NCBI GenBank assembly: GCA_951406725.2
Contig: OX597824.1
Span: 74,338,001-74,402,000 of the forward strand
Reading direction: 5' to 3'
Length of the DNA: 64,000 nt
Origin: Octopus vulgaris
Taxonomy: Eukaryota
Shown: piece by piece, positions 24,362-37,096 of the stretch
Layout of the letters: each line of letters starts with the position of its first letter
Position numbering within the stretch: position 1 is the first letter of the stretch
Made by a program: the position numbers and the translations under genes
Notes under the pieces: model-generated
Told to the model about the DNA's origin: nothing
Seen by the model: only the letters and a program-made list of their open reading frames with translations
The model's database searches: none

Positions 24362-24943
24362 GTGCAGCCTCACCTGGAATTTACATCACCGATCTGCAAC
24401 CCCTATCTTGCCCAGGATATTAATCGTCTGGAAACTGTTCGGCGACATGCAACCAAGAGAATACTCTCCATCAGGCATTTGCCATATTCTGAACACCTTA
24501 CTTCCCTGGGCATGGATACACTGAAACTCCGACGTCTGGCAGCTGACTTGACAGACACCCATAAAATTATTAACCATCTTACTAACAATAACTCTGAGCA
24601 CCATTTCAAACTCCACCTGTCTAACACCCATGGACATGTTTACAAAGTCAGAAAACAGCACAGTTCCCATGACTTTTGGAAACATTTTTTCACGCTAAGA
24701 GTTGCTGAAGCATGGAACAAACTGCCGGCATCAGTTGTTAGTTGTCGGAGCACTGCATCCTTCAAAACTTCCATGCTTCCTGAGATTCGCCAACACTACA
24801 CCTTATTTTCTCCCCTCCATACACACGCAAGCATATATCTGACTCATACACTGTTCACTTTCCAGACATTTGTACATTACTGTATATGCTTTATACGCAC
24901 TTTTGACAAGTTGTGGTACACCTGAGCACTGTATACAATGATT

Positions 24944-24980
<37 letters not shown>
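24362..24980 (+). pseudogene. CR1-clade LINE, 5'-truncated ORF2 C-terminus with 3'UTR and (ATT)n tail
   Basis: QPHLEFTSPICNPY...LGMDTLKLRRL...THGHVYK...FFTLRVAEAWNKLP...FK is a typical CR1 C-terminus. Confidence 0.85.
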
Positions 24981-24981
<1 letters not shown>

Positions 24982-25313
24982 GAGTGAGAGAGCAGTGCAT
25001 GCCATCAAAGTGACACTGGGGTAAAATATACGAAGCCCAGTATACCCATCATGACTACTCGTCTGATAAGGGTACACTAGGCACATGCATCACAACCATG
25101 TGTGTGCGACATGGTGATCTCATATCAAGATAAACAGCACATGACCTTGCAGGTGGGGCCCAGTTAGAATTTTCTTCAGGTCGAGTAACCCATCTCATTC
25201 GAAAGGTCCCTGAATAAGGGTTGTTTAAGGATGTTGAATGAAACACCCATGTTTCCAGAGGTGAATTATTCAAACCCCAAAGAATCCCTCTCAACACATG
25301 GCTATGATGCTCC

Positions 25314-25318
<5 letters not shown>
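24981..25318. mobile_element. unclassified insert between (ATT)n tracts
   Basis: About 340 bp of complex sequence with (ATT)n on both sides; no coding signal recognised. Confidence 0.45.
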
Positions 25319-25349
<31 letters not shown>

Positions 25350-26163
25350 ATCAATTATATCATCAAAATCTCAAATCTACAAGATAATGCATGAGTAATT
25401 CAAAACCATGTGAATAGATAAGCATTATATCAGAGTAAGTTGAATACTGAAGGGTTACATAGCACACATACACAGCCATATATGCTCAATCATAGCTATA
25501 TTTACTATATAGAGATATACATACATACAGCACACAAGAAGATGTATACACACATGTGTAAAACACACACATATACCATTTTGAAACCATCTCAAAACAG
25601 ACAATCGGAGCCTTGGTAGCTCTCTGGTTGGTCACCTCCTGTCAAATTGTCCAACCCATGCCAGCATGGGAAACAGACATAACTTAAAAAAAGAAGTAGT
25701 CAGAAGGTATGGTGGATCACAGAGAAAGATCTGAACATGCAATGATCATCATAATCATCATCAATGAAGCAGTAGCAGCATTTTGCATCCATTGTTTTAA
25801 GCTGGCATGGGTTGGACAGTTTTCCTGAGGTAGTGTTTCATTGCTGGATGCTCTTCCTGTCACCAAACCTTTTTAGTAGTGAATCCATTACAAAACCTGG
25901 GATACACATGACTACGAATGAATGTCATCGAACATGGCTATTGTGTCAGCGTGACTCTCCACAATCTCTGCCATCTCTACTGCATGTATGTGTGCATGTG
26001 TATGTGTATGCAGGTGTGTATGTGTGCACATGTGCATGCATGCATCAATCTACAACTGGATTACAGCTGAAGAAATCAAGTGATGAAGTACCAGAAAGGG
26101 GAGGGAGGAGAGAGAGAGAGAGACAGACAGAGGGCATTCTTATGTGTTTAACTAATATTTGGG

Positions 26164-26670
26164 TAGAGTAGTTGTATACTGTCAACTTAATGTGACAGTC
26201 CCATGAAGGGAATCACACATACTGCTATTTAGCCCTAGGAAGCATCAACACTTCCTGTCGGCCATGACACATTTTCTGTGCCCTTATGTTTACAAGGGGG
26301 AGACAAGCATCTCCACCCAGCTAAGCCTGTAACCAGAGAGTAGTTTCTGAGTCTTTGCTCATCATCAGTCTGGAGTAGCATGGCCTGCTAGTTGGAGATG
26401 CCTGTCTGACCTTTGGAAACATATAAGAATTCTGGTGAAATAAATCCACTGATTACAAAAATAGAAATATTACATTTCTAAATATCTCAGAGAGATATAA
26501 GCAGTAGTGGTACGATAGGCGGAGGTGCTTGTCTCCCCCTTGTAAACATAAGGACACAGGAAATGTGTCAAGGCCGACAGGAAGTGTTGATGCTTCCTAG
26601 GGCTAAACAGCAGTGGCGTGATTCCCTTCATGGGACTGTCACATTAAGTTGACAATATACAACTACTCTA
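26164..26670. repeat. long inverted repeat (~150-bp arms), Penelope pLTR-like
   Basis: 26164-26314 is the reverse complement of about 26521-26670; the spacer holds a hammerhead-like motif. Confidence 0.9.
26333..26373 (-). ncRNA. minimal hammerhead-like motif
   Basis: CCAGA CTGATGA TGAG caaaga CTCA GAAA CTAC TC TCTGG; stems I and II are perfect and stem III is mismatched. Confidence 0.6.
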
Positions 26671-27413
26671 TCGTTTAGAAACGTAATATTTCTATTTAAC
26701 ATTTGGGTGTTGTTTTGTTTTTATTTGATATCTGGAATTGCATTGATAAGAATATCTTCTTCAATATTTAATTTGAAATCTGACCTCCGATCTCGAACCT
26801 CCCTACACCACCACTACCACCGCCACATTTCCATAGCTTCTTTCCACATCTGTAACCTCCTTTTCACCACCTCACCACCTCCATAACCATCAAACTGATA
26901 ATGAATCAATAACAACAACAATGCTTTTAAAAATGAAATGTTTTGGACGAGTTCACAACTTTATGTAATATCTAGGACCGTTTATCAGGGTTGTTGTTTA
27001 ACTCCAGATCAGCTCTGGTTGAGCAGCCCTTTAGCATGTGTAACTTGCAAATAATGAATCAATAATGATATAAATAACGGACAGAGTCAAGACTATTGAA
27101 AAGGTTGCAAGATGCAAACGAAAATTTTAGGAAAACAAGAAATAAGTGGAAATTTTACCGGTGTGTGTGTTAAATTATAAGGCACAAAAAGAAAATGACT
27201 CTCCCCAGACACATGTATACATGTATGACTCATACAGTGATGACCTGTCCAAACTATGCTAGCATGGAAAGTGAAAATAGGAAAAAATGATGATGGTGAT
27301 GATGATGATGAAGGTGATAATGTGTGTGTGTGTTTGTGTGTGTGTCTATCTGAACTTTTATTGCTCCCCCCCTCCTCCTGTGAGATATACTCCTTTATGC
27401 ATTTACTTTTATC

Positions 27414-27636
27414 TACAAGGGGGTGCAGGAAAGTTCCTGGATTTGTGTTGAAGAAAATTCAGGAGGATCAGTTAATTATGATCTTATTCAACATATTCCC
27501 CTCTTCAGATTCATACACTTATTGCAGCAGTCCTTCAGTTTTCCTAAGCCCTGTATAAGAATTCAAAAGGTTGGCCCTCCAATCAGATCTTTCATGATAC
27601 TCTTAAAGTCAGGAGCTTTTCAGCACCATCCTGGTA
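27414..27636. mobile_element. mariner-like MITE
   Basis: TACAAGGGGGTGCAGGAAAGTTCCTGGATTT / AAAGTCAGGAGCTTTTCAGCACCATCCTGGTA imperfect TIRs with TA ends. Confidence 0.6.
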
Positions 27637-28072
27637 TATCTTGTAGAAATATGTCATAATCTGACCTGGTACCTGCTGTTTGCTTGTTTACCCTTTTGTT
27701 CTATTATGTACTGACACCCACTTTTTTTATGTCAAAGGCTAATATGTCCCAATACTAGACTATTTTCTTTAGCCAACAGACTGATTACTTATAAGCTTTA
27801 AACTTATTGTTTACAGAATTATCACTTGTCACCACTTCTCCATTTAATGCGCACACACACACATATAGATATAGTTATGTGTATTTTTCCCTTGTTAACA
27901 ATTAACACGGAAAAAATAAATAAATAGTTACCAGGGTAGCAAAATATCACACAAGTAAAAAGGTTGTAACTCCTTGTTTTTAAAGGTAGAAACTTAGGGT
28001 TTACATGAAATTTTTTGTATCATATATAAATAAATAAACGGAGTTAAACACAGGTGTTATTCAAATTTTTTT

Positions 28073-28161
28073 ATTTCCGACACATGTTTCGAAAATATCA
28101 CTGATATTATTTCAAAGGAATAAAATGGTGTAAAACAATGTAATGTTCTCTTCAGGAAAGT
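28073..28161 (-). ncRNA. type I hammerhead ribozyme
   Basis: ACTTTC CTGAAGA GAACAT...ATTTTC GAAAC ATGT GTC GGAAAT; intact core with one mismatch in each of stems I and II. Confidence 0.7.
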
Positions 28162-28404
28162 AAAAAAATGAAACTCGCCAATAAGACATTTTAACAGAAA
28201 ATAATGGATATATATTTTTCCTAGTCTATAAGGTTTTATTTAATATACATATAGTCATATACTTCTCATTTATTTAGTTTTTCTTTACTCTATCCCTCCT
28301 ATAACGTTTTTTTGAAACAATATTAATAGCGTTCAGTTAATCACTTTACATATCCATCATTTTCTGTTAAACTGTCTTATTGACAGTTTAACAGTCATTT
28401 CTTC

Positions 28405-28493
28405 ACTTCCCTGAAGAGAAGATTACATTGTTTGACACCATTTTATTCCTTTGGAATAATATCAGCGATATCTTCGAAACATGTGTCGGAAGT
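28405..28493 (+). ncRNA. type I hammerhead ribozyme
   Basis: ACTTCC CTGAAGA GAAGAT...ATCTTC GAAAC ATGT GTC GGAAGT; perfect 6-bp stems I and II, GUC site, palindromic ACAUGU in stem-loop III. Confidence 0.85.
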
Positions 28494-28527
28494 AATAGTA
28501 TTTGAACTATACCTCCGTTAAACTCCA

Positions 28528-28582
<55 letters not shown>

Positions 28583-29614
28583 CAGCTTGATCAATAAATT
28601 GCTTAATGCTTATCTTCATTTAGGCAACTACCACCTCCCTGTACTTAAATTCAGAGTTTATGCACAAATTCAACCTGGTGTCATTTAACATGATATACCC
28701 ACTATATATACATGTGTGAGGGTGGGTGCACATGGGTGCAGAAATCATATTTTCTGGTTTGTAATCTGTGCACATGTGTCTCCAAATTAGATTTTTTTAC
28801 TCTCCTTTCAAATTGTACATTTTATATTTTACACTTCAACTGACATTTAATGTTATATAAAACCAAGGTCTTGGGTCACTGTCAACTGAATATATACCTA
28901 CATTTAACAGCATAAACAGAAAATCTGTTACTGAACATTATAACATAACTTGTAAATAATGTCACTACCATGCGCTACAGCATGTTACGTTATATCCTTA
29001 TATATATATATATATATATACGTTATATATATATACATACATACACACACACACATATATATATATATAACATGTGTATGTGCATAAGAGCTAGAGTATA
29101 TATGCTGCACTCATATTTCATCAAGGTAAAATGTCAAAATAAACTCGTTATAAATTATTTATAATTGAGATGGATTTAGTAAAGAAAAAATGGCACTATA
29201 TATATATATATGTATGTATGTATGTATGTGAAAGTGTGGCCTAGTGACTATAGGTTTTGGGTTCACAATCATTAGGTTGTGAGTTAATTTCTGGGACCAG
29301 GCATTGCATTGCTCTGACCCTCTACAAAGCACATAATTTCATTCCACATTTCATCAGTCTAAAACATAGTCAAGCTTTAACTTGGTGAGTCTGTAATCCT
29401 GAAACAAACTTTGATTCACACACACACATATATATATATATATCCCCAACATCAAATTTGAGACATCAGCATCATCACTTAATGTCCAATTTTCCATGCT
29501 TGCATGAGTCAGATGGAGTTTATTTAAGGCAGATTTTCTATGGATACCCTTTCCTATTGCCAACCCTTACCTGTTTCCAAATAAAGTAATATTTCACATG
29601 GCCATACATTGACA

Positions 29615-29975
29615 ACCTGCTGTGCTAACCTTGGATTGTAAGGTGACTTGCTGTGCTTGAGGAAGGAGACTTATTGAGTCAAGTACATCAACATCAAAAT
29701 AAAAATCAATGGAAATTGTAGTTGTGATACCCGTGCCGGTGGAACATAAAAAGCACCATCCGAACGTGGCCGATGCCAGTACCTCCTTGACTGGCGTCCG
29801 TGCCGGTGACACGTAAAAAGCACCAACTGATTGTGGCTGTTTGCCAGCCCCCTCTGGCCCCTGTGTCAGTGGCACGTAAAAAGTACCCACTACACTCACG
29901 GAGTGGTTGGCGTTAGGAAGGGCATTCAGCTGTAGAAACACTGCCAGATCAGACTGGAGCCTGGTGCAGCCTCTT
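29615..29975 (+). mobile_element. family C tail with three modules, 3' end lost
   Basis: Three GTGCCGGTGGCACGTAAAAAGCACC-type units, then GGTTGGCGTTAGGAAGGGCAT; stops at the mariner fragment. Confidence 0.8.
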
Positions 29976-29977
29976 GG

Positions 29978-30274
29978 CTTTCCCTCACCCTCCCTACAAT
30001 CCAGACCTTGCTCCCTGTGGCTTTTGGTTGTTCCCCAAGCTGAAAGAGAACTTCAGGGGTAGTCATTTTGAAGATATTATGAAGATGAAGGAGGATGTAA
30101 CAAGGGTCCTGAACACCTTTACTTTGAAGGACTTCCATGAAACAGCTGGAGTGTGACGACAAAAGCATTGAAGTCAGAGGATCATATTTTAAAGGAAATT
30201 AGAATCTTATACCTCCTTGAAATTAATAAATGACTCTCTTGAAAAAATCTCAAAACTTCTGGAATTCACCTTGT
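29978..30274 (+). pseudogene. mariner transposase C-terminal fragment with right TIR
   Basis: PHPPYNPDLAPCGFWLFPKLKENFRGSHF... matches the mariner HPPYSPDLAP.D motif; ends CTGGAATTCACCTTGTA. Confidence 0.8.
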
Positions 30275-30395
30275 ACCCAAGAACCATAATACGCTGAATA
30301 CAATAAACTGCAGTGCCCAGCCTTAGATAACGAAGGGTCTTAACAATCACTACCAGCACAACAACCATGACCACCACAACTGCTACAACCACCAT

Positions 30396-30776
30396 GATTT
30401 ATTTCTTTATTGCCCACAGGTGGCTAAACATAGAGGGGACAAACAAAGGGTTTTAAGTCGATTATATTGACCCCAGTGCGTAACTGGTACTTAATTAATT
30501 GACCCCGAAAGTCGACCTCGGTGGAGTTTGAACTCAGAATGTAACAGCAGACGAAATACCTATTTCTTTACTACCCACAAGGGGCTAAACACAGAGGAGA
30601 CACACAAGGACAGACAGACAGATTTAGTCGATTATATCAACCCCAGTGCACAACTGGTACTTATTTTATCGACCCCGAAAGGATGAAAGGCAGAATTTGA
30701 ACTCAGAACATAACGGCAGATGACATACTGCTAAGTATTTCACCCAGCGTGCTAACGATTCTGCCAGCTCGCCGCC
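30396..30776 (-). mobile_element. SINE family A, two units
   Basis: Reverse-complement head plus duplicated body. Confidence 0.8.
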
Positions 30777-31271
30777 CATCACACTCATTGTCACATCTAT
30801 TGAAGAAGACATTTAATTGCATTTGGTTTAGGCAACCGAGTCTACAAAGCTATGTAAATAGATACCAAATGGCTGTCGTTGTCATAGTAGTCATTGTGGT
30901 AACAGAAGCAGCACTACTTACAGTACAATATTTTAAACATACCTCCATCTCCGTTTGTTTATCTTGCATTACCGAGTCCACAACTTTTCCAGTGGAGATT
31001 AGATAAGAGATGGAGGTATGCGTAACATGTTGATTTGTCCTGGTTACACAGTGTGATGGGTTTAAGGTCTTCGGAACAGTGCCAGTAAAGATTACAAGGT
31101 CACTTCCAATGCCCTTCTACCCTACCACTGACTCCCATACATTCACCCACCCACTACAGTCAACTCAACATGTAACAGGTTGCATGCATGGGGGAGGGGG
31201 CAATGGAAAAGCCCCTGTTTCCCACCTCCATCTAATAAAACTGTTTCACATTTATTTACTTATTATTATTA

Positions 31272-31500
31272 AGGCAGTGAGCTGGCAGAATCATTAGCAT
31301 GCGGGGTGAAATGCTTAGTGGTATTTCGTTTGTCTCTACATTCTGAGTTCAAATTCTGCTAAGGTCAACCTTGCCTTTCATCCTTTTGGGGGTCGATAAA
31401 TTAAGGACCAGTCAAGTACTGGGGTCAATGCGATCGACTTTCCCCATCCCCCAAAATTTCAGGTCTTGTGCCTATAGTAGAAAGGCTTATTATTATTATT
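31272..31500 (+). mobile_element. SINE family A, alternative tail ending in (ATT)n
   Basis: Family A head and core plus CCCCAAAATTTCAGG tail. Confidence 0.8.
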
Positions 31501-32445
31501 ATTTTACTATATAGGTGTAGACATGGCTATATGGTTATGATGCTTTGAGCAAATCTGTCTCAAAGTTATCCATATAATCCATTGCAAACATGGAAAAGTG
31601 AACATTAAAATGATGACTATGTATGCATATGTGTGTATATGTGTGTGTATGTGGTATGTATATATATATATATACACACACACATAGATTGTTTGGAGTG
31701 GTGTATAGATTTTATAAATTCAGAAAACAGAAGCTGTCAAAATTTTGGATGATTATTTATTTAGTGCCTTCGTCTCCTTTTGAGAGATTCATCATGAATG
31801 ATTTATTTACAGAAAATTCCTACCTTTCATATATATCTATATGTAAGCTAGTTAAAAAATTTTGGAGTTGGATTAGGAGGAGAATATGTACGTGTGCATA
31901 CCAATCTGTGAATATATATTTATACAGATATATATATATGTTCAAATAATATTATTTTACAGTAATTTAAGCATCTAGAGGCAGCATAACTGAGGATAGT
32001 CAAATTATTATAGAGTAGACTCCATGCTATTAAGTGAAACTTGATGCTCCAATCAACTTGACCCTCTCTCTCGCTCTCTCTCTCCCTGTGTGTGTGTACA
32101 CAAATGGACAGCTAAAAGAAAGAAGAACTCAACACATCAACACATTTAGCAGGAGTTACATTATTGTTTAAAGCAGTTTGCATCAAGGTCAGGAGTGGTG
32201 GAGGGCATGCAATTTAAAATTTTGGAAACTCATTACAAGAACCTAGCCCATCAGGACAAATGAGCCAGATTCCTGTAACGAGTCTACAAAAGTTGCTTGG
32301 GGGCCAAACCAAACTTTTAAGTAATATATATGTGCATGTGTGTATTATTAAGTTTCCCTAACTCTTGCTTTCCAAGAGCATAGCGTTTTCAGAAAAATAA
32401 CACTGAAACCCAATATTATCATGGGTTATATTATAAGCAACCAAA

Positions 32446-32676
32446 GGCGGTGAGCTGGCAGAAACGTTAGTGCGCCGGGCGAAATGTTTAGCGATATTTC
32501 GTCTGCCGTTACGTTCTGAGTTCAAATTCTGCCGAGGTCGACTTTGCCTTTCATCCTTTCGGGGTCAATAAATAAAGTACCAGTTATGCACTGGGGTCGA
32601 TGTAATCGACTTAATCCCTTTGTCTGTCCTTGTTTGTCCCCTCTATGTTTAGCCCCTTGTGGGCAATAAAGAAATA
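32446..32676 (+). mobile_element. SINE family A monomer
   Basis: Head and a single body unit ending AATAAAGAAAT. Confidence 0.85.
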
Positions 32677-33397
32677 TATATTATAACCAGCCATGCAGTT
32701 TGAGGGTTACAGATTGGCCACTGTATATATATATATATATATACACAGATAATATAATTACATGTAGTTCTTTCAGACAACTAAATTCCTTTTCAGAAGT
32801 GAGTTTCATAGCCCAAATCTTTTAATCTCATTACCAACAACACATCTCCACATCTCCCGTAAATTTAAATCCATACTTTGTATCTTAATCTAAACTTTAA
32901 CAAAGCTTTAAGACAACAATAATCTAAGATGAAAAAAAAATCACAATTCTAATTAAAAAAAGCCACCTGTTATCTTGTCTCACTAACAACTCTGTGAAGT
33001 TTCTTGACTTCACATTACAAGATAAGGCTGTCACCAAAGACATAATTTAATCTCTAATGAAAAAGGAAAGGAGCTTTCCATTGTCAAAGCATCTGTAGTC
33101 TCATTCCCACTGGTTTCATTCAGTTTATATTATCAGACTGCTGGCAGTGAAAAGGTGACAACATGTCGTAAAGTTTTTGAAATCTAGGAAGTCTAAAGGA
33201 ATTTTTTTATATGTGTCAATATCCGAGTGGTGTAATATGATAATAATTATGATGTGCATCACACACATACACACACACAAATACACACAGACACACACAC
33301 ACAATTACATACTTAATGTATAAGTGTATGTGACTCCAAGTTATGTATTGTAATTTGATATGCAAAAATGTGTGTATGTATATATATATATCATTTC

Positions 33398-33595
33398 ATC
33401 ATCATCATCATTTAGCGTCCGCTTTCCATGCTAGCATGGGTTGGACGGTTCAACTGGGGTCTGGGAGGCCAGAAGGCTGCACCAGGCCCAGTCTGATCTG
33501 GCAATGTTTCTACGGCTGGATGCCCTTCCTAACGCCAACCACTCTGTGAGTGTAGTGGGTGATTTTTACGTGCCAGACGGGGCTGGCAAACGGCC
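33398..33595 (-). mobile_element. family C tail
   Basis: (CAT)n...GGATGCCCTTCCTAACGCCAACCACTC. Confidence 0.8.
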
Positions 33596-33878
33596 ATACT
33601 TTAAACATACATGTATACTTGTAACATGTGTACATCCACATGATCGCAAAATCATGGTTTCAATTCATGGACCAGGCAGTGTGTTACGTTCTTGAGCAAA
33701 AGATTTCATCTCGTCGTTCTACAATCACTTCGATATCGGATATATATATATATATATACACACACACGTATGTGTGTATGTGTATGCGGAGCCCAATATT
33801 TATTGTAATTTCATATGTGTGTGTATAGATAGATGGAGAGATGTAAAATTGAAGTTATTATTTTAAACAAGTTCAAAG

Positions 33879-34325
33879 ACAGCAAGCTGGCAGAACTATT
33901 ACCACACTGAGCAACAATGCTTTGTGGCATTTCATCTGGCTTTATGTTCCGAGTTCAAATTCTGCCAAGGTTCACTTTGTCTTTCATCTTTTTTTTTGGG
34001 GGGGGGGGGGACTGATGAAATAAGTACCAGTTGAGTACTGGTGTCGATGTAATCAACTAACCTCTCACCCCTAAAAAAGTTTCAGGCCTTGTGCCTATAG
34101 TAGAAAGCATTTATTTTAAAGTAACTTAAAGCTGACAATCGTTAGAGCATCAAATGCCTAGCAACATTTCTGTCAACATTCCGAGTTCAAATCCTGCCAA
34201 GGTCAACTTTGCTTTCATCCTCTCAGGGTTGATAAAATAATGTACCAGCTGCACACTGAGGTTGATGTAATCAACATAGCCTTCCCTCTAAAATTGCTGG
34301 CCTTGTACTAAAGTTTGAAACCAAT
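33879..34325 (+). mobile_element. two diverged family A SINEs in tandem
   Basis: Two GAGTTCAAAT.CTGCCAAGGT...TTTCATC cores. Confidence 0.7.
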
Positions 34326-34364
34326 ATTTTAAAGCAAGTTTAAGAGCAACAGGAGTTATTGTAT

Positions 34365-34778
34365 AGGTGCAGGAGTGGCTGTGTGGTAAGTAGCTTGCTT
34401 ACAACCACATGGTTCTGGGTTCAGTCCCACTGTGTAGCACCTTGGGCAAGTATCTTCTACTATAGCCTCGGGCTGACCAAAGCCTTGTGAGTGGATTTAG
34501 TAGATGAAAACTGAAAGAAGCCCGTCGTATATATGTATATACATATGTATGTGTGTGTGTGTATATGTTTGTGTGTCTGTGTTTGTTCCCCCAACATCAC
34601 TTGACAACCAATACTGGTGTGTTTACGTCTCTATAACTTAGCGGTTCGGCAAAAGAGACCGATAGATTAAGTACTAGGCTTACAAAGAATAAGTCCTGGA
34701 GTCGATTTGCTTGACTAAAGTCGTTGCTCCAGCATGGCCACAGTCAAATAACTGAAACAAGTAAAAGAGTAAAAGAGT
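34365..34778 (+). mobile_element. SINE family B
   Basis: Full layout. Confidence 0.88.
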
Positions 34779-35530
34779 ATTGATTTACTGATGGATGGAC
34801 TAGATTTTGGATTCAAATTTTTGTCAGCAGGTTTGGGAGAGGGTCTAAGTCGATTAAATCTACCCTAGTATTCAACTGGTACTTGTTTTATCAACTGTGA
34901 CAGGAGGAAAGACAAAGTCAACCATGGCAGAATTTGAAGTCAGAACATAAAAAGGGATGACATGCTTACTGCTAAGCATTTTGCTTGGCATGCTAACGAT
35001 TCCGCCAGCTAAATACTGAGAATAGAATCAGATATACACATTTCTCTGTGTGTGTTTGTGTGTGTGTACATTTGCCTATGTATGTGTAAATTGGCTGAGT
35101 TAATTAAAAATAGATCACATCTGCCCTTTGATGGATGTATATCGATCAATAAAACAAGTTCCTGCCTAAATATTGAGATCTATATAAATAATTGGCAATA
35201 AAAGAACACATACCTATTTTTCATCTATCTATCTATCTCTCTACCTATTTACCTACCTACCTACTTACCTGCCTATATGTATGTGTGTATGTATGTGCAT
35301 ACCCCTCTCTTTTTCTCATACATATGTATGAGAGAAAGAAAGGGGTAGAGAACAAGAGAGAAAGAGAGATAAAGATATCTATGAATTTGTAAGTAGGCTA
35401 ATTACATTTATTCAGGATTTATACAAAGTTGATTACCAAAAAGATTTTTTAAAAATAATAAAAATAGATACAAGAACAACAAGATGATATAATTTGGTAT
35501 AAAGGTGGTGTTTAGACTGCAATTTAAAAA

Positions 35531-35570
<40 letters not shown>

Positions 35571-35799
35571 ATATATGTGTGTGTGTGTGTGTATGAAATA
35601 CAAAATGGGACAAGAACGCAAAACATCTGGACAACAAGGTAATACAAAAGGGGACAACAAAACATTCAGATAGACGATACAAAAAAACAACGATAGGTCA
35701 TTCGAAGCTTTCTATCCTCAGTCAAGAACCAGATCATCCTCGCAATTTCAACTGATTAATCTTGAGATCGCTCCTATCTGGCCAGCCCCGTGTGTGTGC

Positions 35800-35838
<39 letters not shown>

Positions 35839-35939
35839 TAAATAGATAGATAGATAGACAGACAGATAGATAGAGAGAAAGAGAGAGGGGGAGTATAAAT
35901 TGATAGAGAGATATACACATACATGTACGTTTTTCCTCC

Positions 35940-36302
35940 ACCCTTTTACCTGTTTTGGTCATTGGACTGCAGCCATGCTTGGGCATTGCCTTGACTTCAG
36001 TATTTATTTTTAAGTGGTACTTGTTCTATTGGTCTTTTTTGTAACAAACTACTAAGTTATGGGAATGTAAACAAACAAACACTGCTTGTCAAATGATGGT
36101 GGCAGACAAACACAAAGACACACACACACACCTATATGATGGGTGGGCTTTTTTCTGTTTCCATCTGACAAATCTGCTCACAAGTCTTTAGAAAGCCAGA
36201 GACTATTGTACAGGACACTTGCCCAAGATGCCATGCAATGGAACTGAACCCAAAACCAAGTGGTTGAGAAGGAAACTTATTACCACACAGCCACATCTGT
36301 AC
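35940..36302 (-). mobile_element. SINE family B, old diverged copy
   Basis: Reverse-complement tail, core (GACACTTGCCCAAG) and head are recognisable. Confidence 0.7.
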
Positions 36303-36390
36303 CGATATTATTTTCTTTTTACTTATTTGAATTATTCCTATAAAGACAAAACTGGTTTCTAACAAAAAAACAAAAAGCACCTTCACTCAA

Positions 36391-36710
36391 TTTTTTTTTT
36401 TTATTTATGTGCCCTTTTCAAGCTTAGCCAGGCTCATGGGCCCAGTTTCCCAGTTTCTATGGCGTATGTGTTCTCCCCAGCTGGACGGGATGCTAGTCTA
36501 TCGCAGCGTTACTCAAGAAACAGGAAGAAAGAGTGAGAGAAAGTTGGGGCAAAAGAGTACAACTGGAGTTGCCACTACCCCCTGCCGGAGCCTCGTGGAG
36601 CTTTAGGTGTTTTCGCTCAATAAACACACACAACGCCCGGTCTGGGAATCGAAACCACGATCCTCTGACCACAAGTCCGCTGCCCTAACCACTGGGCTAT
36701 TGCGCCTCCA
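36391..36710 (-). mobile_element. tRNA-derived SINE family D, full length with TSD
   Basis: Minus strand GGAGGCGCAATAGCCCAGTGGTTAGG...GGTTTCGATTCCCAG head, poly(A) tail, and CACTCAA duplicated on both sides. Confidence 0.88.
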
Positions 36711-37096
36711 CACTCAAATTTTATACCACAACAATAATAAAGAATTACATTCTAAACCTTAGATATGTCTTGAATATTTTTTACTGTTCTAAATACCAGT
36801 TAGTTATATGTATAAGTGTGTTAGCTAGTCACTTCCTTGGTCTGAAAACTGCACCTTTTTCTGGAGATTACTTCTTAGATAATGATGATGATCATCATCA
36901 CTGCTAAATACCCTCACCCTGTCATTTGAAGGCTAAAACACAATGGAAAATGCATTGTGACCAGCGACGTGTAACATCTAATGGCCTGGTTGGTTACATG
37001 ATCATGTGATATCTGAATAAAAAAGAAGGCAGTATGTCCATACCTGGGACATCTTTCCTCATAAGATCAACAGAATCAGGGTTGACCTAGGCTTAA

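Larger units (their letters stand above)
24253..25454. mobile_element. piggyBac-like MITE hosting two retroposon insertions
   Basis: TTAA|ACCTTTTGTATT ... AATACTGAAGGG|TTAC degenerate termini around the inserts. Confidence 0.4.
28022..28544. repeat. inverted repeat (~190-bp arms) carrying a hammerhead in each arm
   Basis: 28022-28211 is the diverged reverse complement of 28350-28544; abuts (TA)n. Confidence 0.9.

Noticed and set aside
35585-35790. Insert between microsatellites with CTGAGGA on the minus strand
   Set aside because: Looks like a repeat end, but I could not build a consistent hammerhead fold.
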